From: a virus
DNA length: 58,819 bases
Virus genome (UHGV): UHGV-1363177
Direction: 5' to 3' (one strand)
Shown: positions 29,601 through 37,343 of the stretch, one piece after another
Position numbering within the stretch: position 1 is the first letter of the stretch
Layout of the letters: each line of letters starts with the position of its first letter
Translations under genes and position numbers: made by a program
Notes under the pieces: model-generated
What the model was told of the DNA's origin: nothing
The model's input: only the letters and a program-made list of their open reading frames with translations
The model's database searches: none

Positions 29601-30310
29601 TTGGTGGTACTGATGAAGGCTGGACTGCTTTTGTTCCCAGCATTATTCGTCCTCTGTGGCAGTTGTCTATGAACAAGAACTTTGCAGGTAATCCTATTAT
29701 GCCTACCGGCAATGAGAACCTGCGAGGTGAAATCCCTGACCATGAAAAGTATTGGAGCACAGCCAACCCCAGTCTTGTGTGGCTGACTAAAGCTCTCTCT
29801 CCCATCATTGATGTCTCTCCCGAAAGTGTTGAACACATTGCTAACGCCTACCTCGGTGGCCTTGGACGTATTACCTTTGGTCTCCTTGGTAGAGTTGACG
29901 AATGGGCTCGCTATGGGTTAGACCACATTGATGTGGGTAAAGTGCCCGGTCTTAAAGTTCTGTACAAGACTACTCAGGACAGTGACACCAGTGCTATGTT
30001 CTCGAAGATGAGAACTAATGTACTCACTCAGATTAACGCAGTTGACACTGCTCGAACTGACATGAGACTCACTCCTGAAGAAAAGAGAGCTGTACTGATG
30101 GATAATCTCCAAGGCTACAGGCTCAAGCCTACCTTGAATAAACTTCAGCAACAGCTTAACCTGCTTCGAGAACAAGAGCGTAAGTTAATGAACAATCCCT
30201 CCATTTCTTCTGACACCAAGGCTACACGTCTTGACCAGATAAACCAACTCAAGCAACGTGCTATGAAGCAGTTCATTAAATCTGCTAATCAAGCTGGTGT
30301 GATTGGTTAA
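23639..30310 (+). CDS. Giant internal virion/ejection protein (2223 aa)
   Basis: 6.7-kb ORF at the end of the virion module (analogous position to T7 gp16). Ala/Gly-rich low-complexity N-terminus, long coiled-coil stretches, HEGLAH motif near residue 1060. No polymerase motifs recognised. Confidence 0.7.
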   Translation: MAGSFTEYLTNSYDPTSAMIGTWLEQQAVNRAIARAEMEKLYQQRLAVQAAQAKSNPYLDYLRAQAAAGVTPGTGMAPVYGDAPTPAEAPGVWDQFLNRAVPQSLAGLAGGVGLLGDLIGADSVRDWGLETSQYFNNIAAQTPRTVASLEDVLSGKGDFSTWLKESAIDLAPDLIGTIATGGTGGLAARGGAALAARVAGKELAEGAAKKALQRGALAGAYGYGVGAEGGQAYLTDVERHGVEGTSPWMDLTTGAVASAFDLAGPAGGLVLKALGRPVSKAASEKLLRTLASEKTRTAFLKGLGKGALAEGGTESLQELTHIINEQLQSPELEFTPQDIMRLVESGLLGSIFGAPIGAVSRVRAKQQAPAQLKALLANQSTRDTSDISASRYAEERKAAQDYLANLPSNPAPFDSTVDSFYNRTPSVSSPIGEYYAQNFDKLDNFYSDFEQKMKTPSEATAEAATRLRTSMRNAAAQTQRQLSEESTRLNAEAQTLTNQLAKLSSKPPRNVTPEQQRALIADLNKQLVANRAAQVRLQEGAKERVSSIQQTLAKEEKKLANKLMNDTIITDQSGLARDPFGASQLIQIRGGAKALFDKQAAAVRERLNKVSAQLSLAERRSKSSQATRSMALAKLLDDQIAAGKKERNELIKRLQKMNGALARIEAGTNNLATTQYTVDQAYVDLQDIYDGGVIDTPTRSEKVLYDTLRKSLDNVEKKRRAEELKARTAARRAKRPDTVTDFDKTPDTFYNREASVIPSATPFETSVDSFLSGTPSVQANNVLQLALTEGQANLPAVSEAIPMGTTDTGVDTIALNAEGETIPVGPGREQLMLPEGGQDFDRTPDSFYGTTPEVKGFVESNPEIKSPMISRFPEAVDAFYNYTPDIVEGTWLMTDATTRPTKAKSPKESAKLTPKDKSNLDVTRAIADEDYKQAVEDVRHAAIRLESTSKNVDKKSWTKKLNDGLVKAKQALNKLLNLNIEQLRTNADTSSKKLVTQGITPSLEMLPLLSHNVTIVDSVDVPEAAGRTGYITRDQKIYLVADNIVAEAKQRKKSVKEIATRTLVHEGLAHYGLRAIMSPAELGNFLHDFRRKFENTPTWKRAAASIPEFDQLNKRQQAEEVFAKLSERHKINNLLESRNLAKGYLNSFIKKLDSKLGLTDLTLDDVKSLLTVAADRLSMESAGQGAADIGAHYRTIPQTGLARSLDPNLESMTRVERAEAEAAQRFPFSNRVQEVVANRENTVEYLREGLIDSFRPVERMIQAVKDLGKKADNKARVTWDTNVYKLSQHLSSQQALALQQYKTNFVDPLVDLISDTALPGEDYRVTFARVSDYVEAVAAYERNDFGAKKGLDFPLVPGKKGTSLQESQDYFRSVINKYSSESMNKVMDQLQKINNERLRLLEEKKIIPKEVIDNWRATYKYYMPFKSWENVVQELDPAWYNSNTRRSLSTPNVQKKIMKRATGREGEAQNPILHSILQLYDVSNLSRTVDIGRSLLRLVRNNPDATSIFEMVEYRDKNDKDWGKPRLTTDPETGEQVYVVDHGAMKRVVNKQTGDISLVPTKHTAEGEMKNTVAVIDEDGTVQRVLLHDSGVARALRAENITRASGVVRAIGAIQHELGKYMTSRNPLFWITNPIRDTVSAAINISALSQELEALGIPNSKEISQSILVNGLGKTLTKNSVRNALMYFRKYGTFNDVTIKNKDGSTKTIKSGLSDEMKMFMSDYEQYLNYGGQTEYFGTNTYETLRKDILSALKDKNPKTFLEKQRSNINKMMEYMDEVSNSLENMTRYIAFKEIVDRLKPYAEAGRTADGRPFSYEEMYSRAANIALNLTVNFSRKGSWAPIFNSLYMFASASIGGNVRMLETIFRKDRKTGKTDWNHVARFAMYPMLGYALQAIIARALMGDDDDGVSFYDKIPEYIKASNIILPNPFSKGDYITIPITYGFDMFWNLAMNIFEAGHSAAYGNPGPNATEAASSIIGKMFNNFATIGGTDEGWTAFVPSIIRPLWQLSMNKNFAGNPIMPTGNENLRGEIPDHEKYWSTANPSLVWLTKALSPIIDVSPESVEHIANAYLGGLGRITFGLLGRVDEWARYGLDHIDVGKVPGLKVLYKTTQDSDTSAMFSKMRTNVLTQINAVDTARTDMRLTPEEKRAVLMDNLQGYRLKPTLNKLQQQLNLLREQERKLMNNPSISSDTKATRLDQINQLKQRAMKQFIKSANQAGVIG

Positions 30311-30326
30311 AAGGAGGAACTTCACA

Positions 30327-30779
30327 ATGGCACTTCCTCTGATGGGTACCCTTCTCAGTATAGGTATCTCTCTCATTGACCAACTTGTTGACACAACTGA
30401 TGACGACAAGAAGTGTTGGAAAGAGAAACTCTTTAACCTCGACAAAGAAGGACGTACTCAAGAACTAGAAGCTGAGGTTAATAAGCTCAAGCAACTTACT
30501 ACAGTAGACTTGGCTCAGGTTAACCTCAACAATGTGTCTCAGACACAAGGTTCGAAGTGGAGAGACTTCGTAGGTTACATGTGTGGTGTAGGTATTGGTA
30601 TGAACACTATCTATGTACCTTTAGCCAACACCGTCATTAGCGTGGCTAACTCCTTTATGGATGGTCCGTTCATCAATCACGTGCAACCTATGGATGTTGA
30701 GTACCTTCTTGGTATCCTCGGTGGTATGCTTGGTCTTGGCGGTATGACACTTAGTAAGAACTACTATCGAAAGACCTAG
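30327..30779 (+). CDS. Membrane protein, putative holin (about 150 aa, three hydrophobic segments)
   Basis: The ATG at 30327 has a perfect SD AAGGAGG. TM-like segments LPLMGTLLSIGISLI, GYMCGVGIGMNTIY and LLGILGGMLGLGGM. Last gene of the late operon. Confidence 0.45.
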   Translation: MALPLMGTLLSIGISLIDQLVDTTDDDKKCWKEKLFNLDKEGRTQELEAEVNKLKQLTTVDLAQVNLNNVSQTQGSKWRDFVGYMCGVGIGMNTIYVPLANTVISVANSFMDGPFINHVQPMDVEYLLGILGGMLGLGGMTLSKNYYRKT

Positions 30780-30805
30780 CTCACATACCTCAAAATCAAA
30801 CAGAA

Positions 30806-30845
30806 AAGCCCCTGTAAGCGATGAAACTTACAGGGGCTAACTGTT
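30806..30845 (+). terminator. Rho-independent terminator of the late operon (GCCCCTGTAAG...CTTACAGGGGC)
   Basis: 11-bp stem, A-tract before and T-rich after; 30 nt downstream of the stop at 30779. Confidence 0.7.
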
Positions 30846-30913
30846 TATATAGGTTACTTAAAAACGTTGCTTAGCATCAATCCTCGTGTGATTTTAGGGT
30901 ACATAAAACAATA

Positions 30914-30955
30914 AGGGCCATCTGCCTTGCTGTCGCCTTTAGCAAAGTAGATGGC
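30914..30955. terminator. Hairpin GGGCCATCT...AGATGGCCC in the convergence zone
   Basis: 9-bp stem with a large loop, between the convergent operons. Confidence 0.4.
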
Positions 30956-31159
30956 CCCTATTGGTTGGAGGGTTAGTGTTTCCTTTACGAAGTGCATGTC
31001 TGTTCTTTAAAAGGTACGCAAGCTCGAATGTACCCAAGAACCACTCCGCAAGTGGAAGGGGACAATAGGAAGAGAGGTAGTTATGTCCCTGTACCCAGTA
31101 CGATTACGCACTAAATATATAATACTTCGAGAAAGAGTGTCAAGTAAAATTTGTACTCC

Positions 31160-31215
31160 CTATAAAAAGAAAAGCCCCCAGATGGAGAAAGCAGTAAAAA
31201 ACATCTGAGGGCTTC
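31160..31215 (-). terminator. Rho-independent terminator for the leftward operon (AGCCCCCAGATG...CATCTGAGGGCT, T-tract on the minus strand)
   Basis: Stem followed on the minus strand by TTTTCTTTTT; about 35 nt downstream of the 31248 stop. Confidence 0.65.
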
Positions 31216-31247
31216 TATCATATAAGGAGGTGTTTGTTTTTGAAGCA

Positions 31248-31601
31248 CTAAGCTTTGAGAATGTGGAAGTTTATCTTTACGGGTTTATTGGTTTCAGCAT
31301 CTACGAGTTTCACTTTACCACGACGAAGGTCATTCAGAATCTCATAGTGACCAATATTCACACAAGCATCTTCAAGCTGATGCTTAACTTTTTCATAGAG
31401 ATTATTGAACTTGTCTGTAAGTTCCTCATAGATACCAAGCTTCATTTCCTGCATATTAACAGGGTTAAGCTGCTCAAGAAAAAGCTTCGAGGTAGCAAGC
31501 TGGTCCATGTACTCTACAAAACGGTTGAGGAGTTTTTCGTAGTTACGAATTACTCGACTCTTTTTCTGTTCGAGCATAAACTCAACATAAGTTTTAGACA
31601 T
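31248..31601 (-). CDS. Hypothetical protein (117 aa)
   Basis: Internal ATG (MSKTYVEF) chosen because upstream ORF 31606..31881 ends 4 nt before it. Confidence 0.45.
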   Translation of the reverse strand: MSKTYVEFMLEQKKSRVIRNYEKLLNRFVEYMDQLATSKLFLEQLNPVNMQEMKLGIYEELTDKFNNLYEKVKHQLEDACVNIGHYEILNDLRRGKVKLVDAETNKPVKINFHILKA

Positions 31602-31605
31602 ATTT

Positions 31606-31881
31606 TTACGCTGCCTTCTTAGAAGAAACGGGACGAGGCTTAACCTGAATGTTTTCCATAGGTTTATATTCCTGAACCTTAGGAGATTCTTCTTTGACAA
31701 CAGGAGAAGAATTAGTGACACCTTCGGAAGTGTTCAGGTTGTTCAGGGGCATGTTATTCACAGTCTGCTGAACAGTCAGCACCATATTGTCGAAATCCTT
31801 CTGGTCAAGATTACGGTAGAAGGAGAACGTATTCGACATGGTCGAACCTTCGGCATTGGTGTAGATGATAGTGATAGACAT
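31606..31881 (-). CDS. Hypothetical protein (91 aa)
   Basis: ATG at 31881 with SD AAGGA 9 nt upstream; the rest of the listed 136-aa ORF lacks support. Confidence 0.4.
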   Translation of the reverse strand: MSITIIYTNAEGSTMSNTFSFYRNLDQKDFDNMVLTVQQTVNNMPLNNLNTSEGVTNSSPVVKEESPKVQEYKPMENIQVKPRPVSSKKAA

Positions 31882-32550
31882 TATATGTTTATCCTTATTG
31901 TAAGGGTTAATAGGAGGGAGGCCATGCTGAAAGAAAAAGAAATCCCCAGCTACACTCTCAGGTCTCTCGCAGTTGGCAGTGGGTTTTTCAGGTTGGGTTC
32001 CGGCGAGGTTTGGCATTAGACGGTCTTTTTGTTTGGCATGTATTCAGACAAGCGAAGACCAAGAGTGCAACTGGGGAAATTTGTTAAGTTCAAGTACAAT
32101 GTGAGAGTAGCACCAACCTCAGTCAAGTGTTAAAAGGTTTAGCTTCGAGTGAAGGTTGCAGAAGCACTGCGAAGCTTACGGGCGCTTACCTTTCCACTAT
32201 TTTCTTTTCAAGGGCTTGAGACTCTTTTGTGTTGAAGTGGGTCATCATGGTACCACTCTCACAGTGTACTTGAACTAGAGAAAATTTGATTCCTTCATCA
32301 TCTACTTTACTTGACCACAGTCAGGTTTCTTAGACAATACAGGGATTTTTTAAAGTGGGCCTGAATCCACTAACTTTTTATTGCCTGAGGTTGGAGGTTA
32401 CAAAACAAGCTCAAGCAGACGATGAAGGAAATTCTAGGAAATTTGTGTCGGGATATATTTATCCACCCTCCCGACTAGGGGTGGCGCTCAAGGAGAAACA
32501 AGCTACCTAGGGGCAACAAACTAAGTAGCTCGCGCTGTGTGGCTTAATGA

Positions 32551-32775
32551 TTAGGCAGCCTTAGTAACTTCAAGGTCAGCCGTAACGTTAGTTTTCATCT
32601 TCATTTCATTAGACTCTTCTTCCGGGGGAAAAGCCTGAAGCAGAGCAATGGGCAGCATCTTCTTAAAGAGTTCCCACTCAGCTTCAGAGAACTCACGAGA
32701 GGGAATCGTCAGTTCAAATTCTTCAAAGTCCTTTTCAGCAGTAGAAGCACGGAAGAACATCTTAGTACCATTCAT
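32551..32775 (-). CDS. Hypothetical acidic small protein (74 aa)
   Basis: ORF in the leftward operon. Confidence 0.4.
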   Translation of the reverse strand: MNGTKMFFRASTAEKDFEEFELTIPSREFSEAEWELFKKMLPIALLQAFPPEEESNEMKMKTNVTADLEVTKAA

Positions 32776-32849
32776 ATTTAATACTCCTTGTACCTCTTGT
32801 CAAGAGGGCTAACTGTTTCTTTTTCAGATGCATGATACAAGCTATAATT

Positions 32850-33902
32850 TCAGTAGCTTCGTGTATCACTGTTTTCGAGACTGTCACAACGAAAAGTAGC
32901 GAAGTCATCACTCCCGATAGCGTGGTCAAACTTCTTTGCCACGTTAATACAGGATTCACCTTGCTCCAGCTTAACAAGAGCAACTTGGAACTTAGGAGCT
33001 CCGAAGCATTCAATATAGTACCACCCAGCATAAGGAGTAGTGCATCCAGTCTGGGTGTACATCTCCCTCAGTACCTCAGGGTCACACTCACGAGCATTAG
33101 TCATAAGTGCTACAGTACCGTCAGGAAGAGTAATGTTTCGGAAACAGTCATGGTCAATGAGTTCCTGAGTACGAAGACGAACAAGAGTGTCAACAATCGT
33201 ACCCATGTTCATAATCTGGAACGTAGCATCCCATCTCATGCGAGGCATCTCAGCTTCCATGTCGAAGTCTGCTGCACCAAAGTTAGCAGGAGAGTCAACC
33301 TCGAAGCAAGCCTCCCATACATTAGAGGCAACCTCACCCATCTCTCGCTCTTCATCAGAGAGCGTATCAGGATGGGATTCCAAGTCTTTAGGACAAGTCT
33401 CAAGCAGCTCAAGACCGTGTACGAAAGCTCGGGCACTTGCATTAGGATTACCCTGATAATAAGAGTCAATCCAATTTACGCAAGGGGGAACTTTCTTTTC
33501 AGGAAAAAGGTCCTTCCACAGACGAGCACCAAGGTCAAAATTATTAGACCTGTACCCCTCAACGTCAGGAAGATTCTTCATTTCCTCATAACAAGCATTC
33601 ATTGCTCTGTCAATGACATAGGAGTCACAGTCATACCACACCATTCGCTTAGGCTGATACGTTTCGAACAGAGCTCTCCAAGCATTAGCTGCGGGAGATA
33701 CACCTAGGAAGTAGATAGTGTCACGTTTACCAAGGTGCTTAGGCACAATCATAGCAGTCTGGTTGACAGTCTTACTCGACTGCCAGTTAGGCCAGTATTC
33801 AATCTGCTCATTAGGGAAGTTATCCTTGACGTACTTCCCTACAATAGCACCAAGCATGTGACCGTAGATGTTATCTTCATAACAGATAAAAGTTCGAGCC
33901 AT
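32850..33902 (-). CDS. Hypothetical protein (350 aa); enzyme-sized, function not recognised
   Basis: Long ORF in the nucleotide-metabolism/replication neighbourhood; no catalytic motif identified. Confidence 0.6.
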   Translation of the reverse strand: MARTFICYEDNIYGHMLGAIVGKYVKDNFPNEQIEYWPNWQSSKTVNQTAMIVPKHLGKRDTIYFLGVSPAANAWRALFETYQPKRMVWYDCDSYVIDRAMNACYEEMKNLPDVEGYRSNNFDLGARLWKDLFPEKKVPPCVNWIDSYYQGNPNASARAFVHGLELLETCPKDLESHPDTLSDEEREMGEVASNVWEACFEVDSPANFGAADFDMEAEMPRMRWDATFQIMNMGTIVDTLVRLRTQELIDHDCFRNITLPDGTVALMTNARECDPEVLREMYTQTGCTTPYAGWYYIECFGAPKFQVALVKLEQGESCINVAKKFDHAIGSDDFATFRCDSLENSDTRSY

Positions 33903-34045
33903 GCTAGTCTACCTTTAAATTAGTATCGTCCCGTTTATCCCCAGAACTTTGAACAGGACGTGTAGGAATTGTTGTACAAGGTACACCAGTGAAAGGACAG
34001 ATAAACCCAGATATTGCAGTGGAAAATTCTCCACCAAGTACTTCA

Positions 34046-34516
34046 TTAGACTGTCTCTTCGTTGCAATCGGGTCGGTCATCTTCAGCAACCTCGTTAGCC
34101 TCAGGCTCAACTTCAGCAGTTTCTTCGGGCTTAAAAAGTTCTTCATATCCCTTCATCTTCAGGAAAGCACTACCTGCATAGTGGGCAATCTTCAGCAGGT
34201 CAGACAGAGTTTCCTCTTCACCCCGACTATTAGTCTTCAGTCGAGCAGCATAACGACCAATGTTAGTCAGACAGTCATCAGCACTGAAATTGGTGAGGTT
34301 ATCATTCGGATAGTCACCATACTGAGGAACAGTGTACTCTTCAATGTGCATGGCTACAATAGCAGCAAAGCAGTCCCACATGTACTTGCGAAGAGAAATG
34401 TCATGACCAAGCATGTGCTTATACGCAGCGAACTTAGTCATAAAAGCTTTGATGTCATCAGTAAAATCACGCTTGTGCACAGGCAGCTTAGCTGCAACTT
34501 CAGTAGTGTTGTTCAT
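34046..34516 (-). CDS. Hypothetical protein (156 aa), acidic C-terminus
   Basis: ORF; very weak resemblance to MazG/DUF550-type pyrophosphohydrolases, not supported. Confidence 0.45.
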   Translation of the reverse strand: MNNTTEVAAKLPVHKRDFTDDIKAFMTKFAAYKHMLGHDISLRKYMWDCFAAIVAMHIEEYTVPQYGDYPNDNLTNFSADDCLTNIGRYAARLKTNSRGEEETLSDLLKIAHYAGSAFLKMKGYEELFKPEETAEVEPEANEVAEDDRPDCNEETV

Positions 34517-34520
34517 AGTA

Positions 34521-34673
34521 CTATTTATTCTTAGTAAGAAGGTTAGGGTAAAAAAGATTTATTGCTTCAGTGTTTCGAAAGGAATAAAGGGGGCAATGCT
34601 CGATAGGACACATGTCAACTTCTTTAACATTACCCCCGCTGCATTCCTTACACTTAGCTTTTATTGCACTCAT
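34521..34673 (-). CDS. Small Cys4 zinc-ribbon protein (about 50 aa)
   Basis: CKECSGG...CPIEHCPLYSFR (C-x2-C...C-x4-C); start chosen at the internal ATG to minimise overlap with 34654..35004. Confidence 0.35.
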   Translation of the reverse strand: MSAIKAKCKECSGGNVKEVDMCPIEHCPLYSFRNTEAINLFYPNLLTKNK

Positions 34674-35004
34674 CGCACTTCGAAACTTCGTCACATTCGG
34701 AGGAAGCTTCGGTTTCTTTTTCTTCGACACTCGTGCTTTTGTTGAGGGCATCTTTGGATTCCTTTTCCTCCAGTGCAAGGAGGCCACGAGAGGTGCTGGG
34801 TTTCAGTGGAGCAGGAGATTTAGTACGAGTTCCACTAAAAATGTTAGCGAAAGCTTCGAACACTGTTTCTTCTTTTCCACATCTACGACATTTCTTATAT
34901 CGCATAAGTCCATGACCTAGAGGACTAACATCTATACCAAATGTCCGAAGTGCCTCCCAGTCGTGACCACAAAACCAGCAAGCAAGCTTAGTTAGATGGG
35001 TCAT
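34654..35004 (-). CDS. Zinc-finger protein (116 aa)
   Basis: CWFCGHDWE...CRRCGKEE motifs and a C-terminal CDEVSKCDEC. Confidence 0.5.
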   Translation of the reverse strand: MTHLTKLACWFCGHDWEALRTFGIDVSPLGHGLMRYKKCRRCGKEETVFEAFANIFSGTRTKSPAPLKPSTSRGLLALEEKESKDALNKSTSVEEKETEASSECDEVSKCDECNKS

Positions 35005-35293
35005 ACTTAAAATCCAATCTCAGTTTGTAAAGGTCATTGTCGAGTACTAATCTAAACACAGTAGCGAGAAGGTCAATACTTTCATCGTAAATACGGTCAT
35101 TATCTCGTTCACTCTCTTTCTTGTACAGTTCTTTCTTAAGTTCTTCGAACTCTTCTTGCAGAATCATAAACGAGTGTTCGAGAGAAGGATGCTTAGTAAA
35201 TTTCTTTAAGCATTCGTCTAATCGTTCCCGTACATCTACTGTTACGCAATTGTACCGACTATGATAATTTGAAAGGTCGTACTCGGTAAGCAT
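34988..35293 (-). CDS. Hypothetical protein (101 aa)
   Basis: ORF with short overlaps to neighbours. Confidence 0.45.
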   Translation of the reverse strand: MLTEYDLSNYHSRYNCVTVDVRERLDECLKKFTKHPSLEHSFMILQEEFEELKKELYKKESERDNDRIYDESIDLLATVFRLVLDNDLYKLRLDFKYDPSN

Positions 35294-35672
35294 ATTTCTC
35301 TGCCCAATCCTTATAAGTAGTACGAGACTTGGAGCTAAGCTTACAGTTCTCTCGCATGAAGTGTAGTGCGATGTCCAACTCCGGATGCTGCTGTTTCATT
35401 AACACCATCTTTACTCTTGCTCGTGGGTCAAAGTAACCTTTAACTTCAAGGTACTCTTCGGTACCGTCAGGATACTTAACCCAGAAGTCTGGAGTGTACT
35501 TAGCTTTCGGGGGCTGATAGTAGAAAGAACAGGGTTCATACTTCCACTCAGCCCCTATACTAGTCAGGTACTCCGCAACCTTAGCTTCGTACTTGCTACG
35601 AAACTTCGGCTTCTTCGGTCTTGTTGTCCGTGGTTTCTTCGGACTTGTTGAGGTTTTTGATTTCGTCTTCAT
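35259..35672 (-). CDS. T7 endonuclease I-like Holliday-junction resolvase
   Basis: KYTPDFWVKYPDGTEEYLEVKG and QQHPELDIALHF closely parallel the T7 gene 3 blocks (TYTPDFLLPNGIFVETKG / EQHPELDIRIVF); basic N-terminal tail. Confidence 0.85.
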   Translation of the reverse strand: MKTKSKTSTSPKKPRTTRPKKPKFRSKYEAKVAEYLTSIGAEWKYEPCSFYYQPPKAKYTPDFWVKYPDGTEEYLEVKGYFDPRARVKMVLMKQQHPELDIALHFMRENCKLSSKSRTTYKDWAEKYAYRVRPFKLS

Positions 35673-36015
35673 AGTAAACTTTTTTGAACTTGGCCAGCAC
35701 CTTGCAACGCTTCTCATTCAGGAAGCCATTCTCTGCAAGACGCCAAGCATAGTCATCAAGATTCTTGTTCAGAAAATCTCGGAGCTGGTAAGCCATCTCT
35801 ATTGGCAGCATGATAGTAGAGCACTTAACATTATCATCATAACCAAGATGCCCGATTTTAGTAATCGCAATTGCACTCATGTCTGGTATGATATTAAGGT
35901 ACTCTCGGCCACGGGGAAGAATACCGAGGTCCTTGTCAGGAGACAGGAGTTCTCCCCAAGGGTAGTTCATGAAAATTTCATAACTAGGAGCGTTAGCACA
36001 AACAACTTCAGGCAT
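35596..36015 (-). CDS. Hypothetical protein (139 aa)
   Basis: ORF; acidic C-terminus. Confidence 0.45.
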   Translation of the reverse strand: MPEVVCANAPSYEIFMNYPWGELLSPDKDLGILPRGREYLNIIPDMSAIAITKIGHLGYDDNVKCSTIMLPIEMAYQLRDFLNKNLDDYAWRLAENGFLNEKRCKVLAKFKKVYYEDEIKNLNKSEETTDNKTEEAEVS

Positions 36016-36081
36016 TGTTATTCTCCAAATTGTAAAATGAAATACCTTTAGTGGATATAGTATTAGATGTTACTTATTTTA

Positions 36082-36267
36082 TTAGCAAGCTCCGATGCTA
36101 TCCAGAGCGTCATCCAAGTCCTTACCTTCTGCCCAAAGTCCACACTCAGGACACCACACCTTACAGGATTCAATACCTTCTGTAGAAAAGCCATACAATA
36201 ATTCTGCTTCACATAGTGGACAAAGAGGGCCTGTAGGTATCTTCATGATGGCTTCAAGATTATTCAT
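36082..36267 (-). CDS. Small zinc-ribbon protein (about 61 aa)
   Basis: CPLCEAE...CPECGLWAEG; internal ATG chosen to avoid a 58-nt overlap. Confidence 0.4.
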   Translation of the reverse strand: MNNLEAIMKIPTGPLCPLCEAELLYGFSTEGIESCKVWCPECGLWAEGKDLDDALDSIGAC

Positions 36268-36682
36268 CTTTATCAGACTTAAGGGAAGTGTCCCACTGAG
36301 GTTCATCAAGATGCTCATTCAGGTTTAGCGGGCCGGGAGTAAAACCCTCACGTTCCTGAGAGATTTTAAAGAGACTCAAGATTTGTTCGTGAGAGAGGGC
36401 TCCTTCAATAATAGCCTTCTGAATGAATCCTTCATCACCCTCAAGCTTATTCAGCCAGTTACGAAGCTGGAGTGCTGTGTGAAAAGACAGCAGGATTTCC
36501 TGCCCAGAAGAGTGTTCATCATCACCCTGTCCAAACAGGCGAATTACAGGAGCTTCATACTTAGACACTTCAGCACTGGCTTTAACAAAGTTCACACCAT
36601 CCCAACACATATCTTTGAGATTATAACTGTGAAATTTTGTATCTTCTACAAGAACAGTGCTATCCAAAATATCAGGATTCAT
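36260..36682 (-). CDS. Hypothetical acidic protein (140 aa)
   Basis: ORF immediately upstream of thyX in the same operon. Confidence 0.5.
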   Translation of the reverse strand: MNPDILDSTVLVEDTKFHSYNLKDMCWDGVNFVKASAEVSKYEAPVIRLFGQGDDEHSSGQEILLSFHTALQLRNWLNKLEGDEGFIQKAIIEGALSHEQILSLFKISQEREGFTPGPLNLNEHLDEPQWDTSLKSDKDE

Positions 36683-36684
36683 AA

Positions 36685-37338
36685 TTAAAACCCGTGCACG
36701 TCTTCTTTATTGATGTCAATGTCACAAACGAAGTAAGGATGATATTTCTTAAGCTCTTCATAAATCTTGTCACACAGATACTTAATGTCCGGGTGAGCAG
36801 CAGGACTACAACGCAGCTTAAGGATATGACGCCACTCTCGAATGTTACAGGTCATCACCAACTCAGTTTTCAAATTGGTAGGCAGAACACTACGAGCAAA
36901 CTGAGGAGGCACACCTTCCTCAATGAGTGCCATATAGTTTTCTTCGTCCTGTGTGAAAGCCTTATTGATAATTTCAAGAGCTTTCAGACTAAGTTTCTCA
37001 CCTGTGTAGTCAGGAAAGATTACAGAAATTTCACTGCCGAACTTGTCTTTCATATAATTCACATAGCGAGTACTTTCCTGTGTGAAAGCTGCAAGTCTGT
37101 GCCGAACAAGTTCATGGGAGATACCTCGGTCAGTAATGAACTTAACCGTAAAACTAAGATGTTCGAGAGGACTCTCATGTTCAGCAAAGATAAGTTTTCG
37201 AATAAACTTGTCAACTTCTTCGGGAGTGTAGTCAGGTTTGTTTGCTTTGTAACAGGTACGACCTGCATCCACAATGACCTTAGGGTCAAGAGTGGACAGG
37301 TCCGTAATAAATTCCACAGTCGGTCTACAAATGTGCAT
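36685..37338 (-). CDS. thyX: Flavin-dependent thymidylate synthase ThyX
   Basis: ThyX signature RHRLAAFTQES (RHR-x7-S) plus the ESTRY motif; about 217 aa as expected. Confidence 0.85.
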   Translation of the reverse strand: MHICRPTVEFITDLSTLDPKVIVDAGRTCYKANKPDYTPEEVDKFIRKLIFAEHESPLEHLSFTVKFITDRGISHELVRHRLAAFTQESTRYVNYMKDKFGSEISVIFPDYTGEKLSLKALEIINKAFTQDEENYMALIEEGVPPQFARSVLPTNLKTELVMTCNIREWRHILKLRCSPAAHPDIKYLCDKIYEELKKYHPYFVCDIDINKEDVHGF

Positions 37339-37343
37339 ATGAA

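Noticed and set aside
34521-35004. Programmed frameshift joining overlapping ORFs 34654..35004 and 34521..34787
   Set aside because: There is no slippery heptamer at the overlap. An internal ATG in the downstream frame gives an ordinary about 20-nt overlap, common in phage operons.
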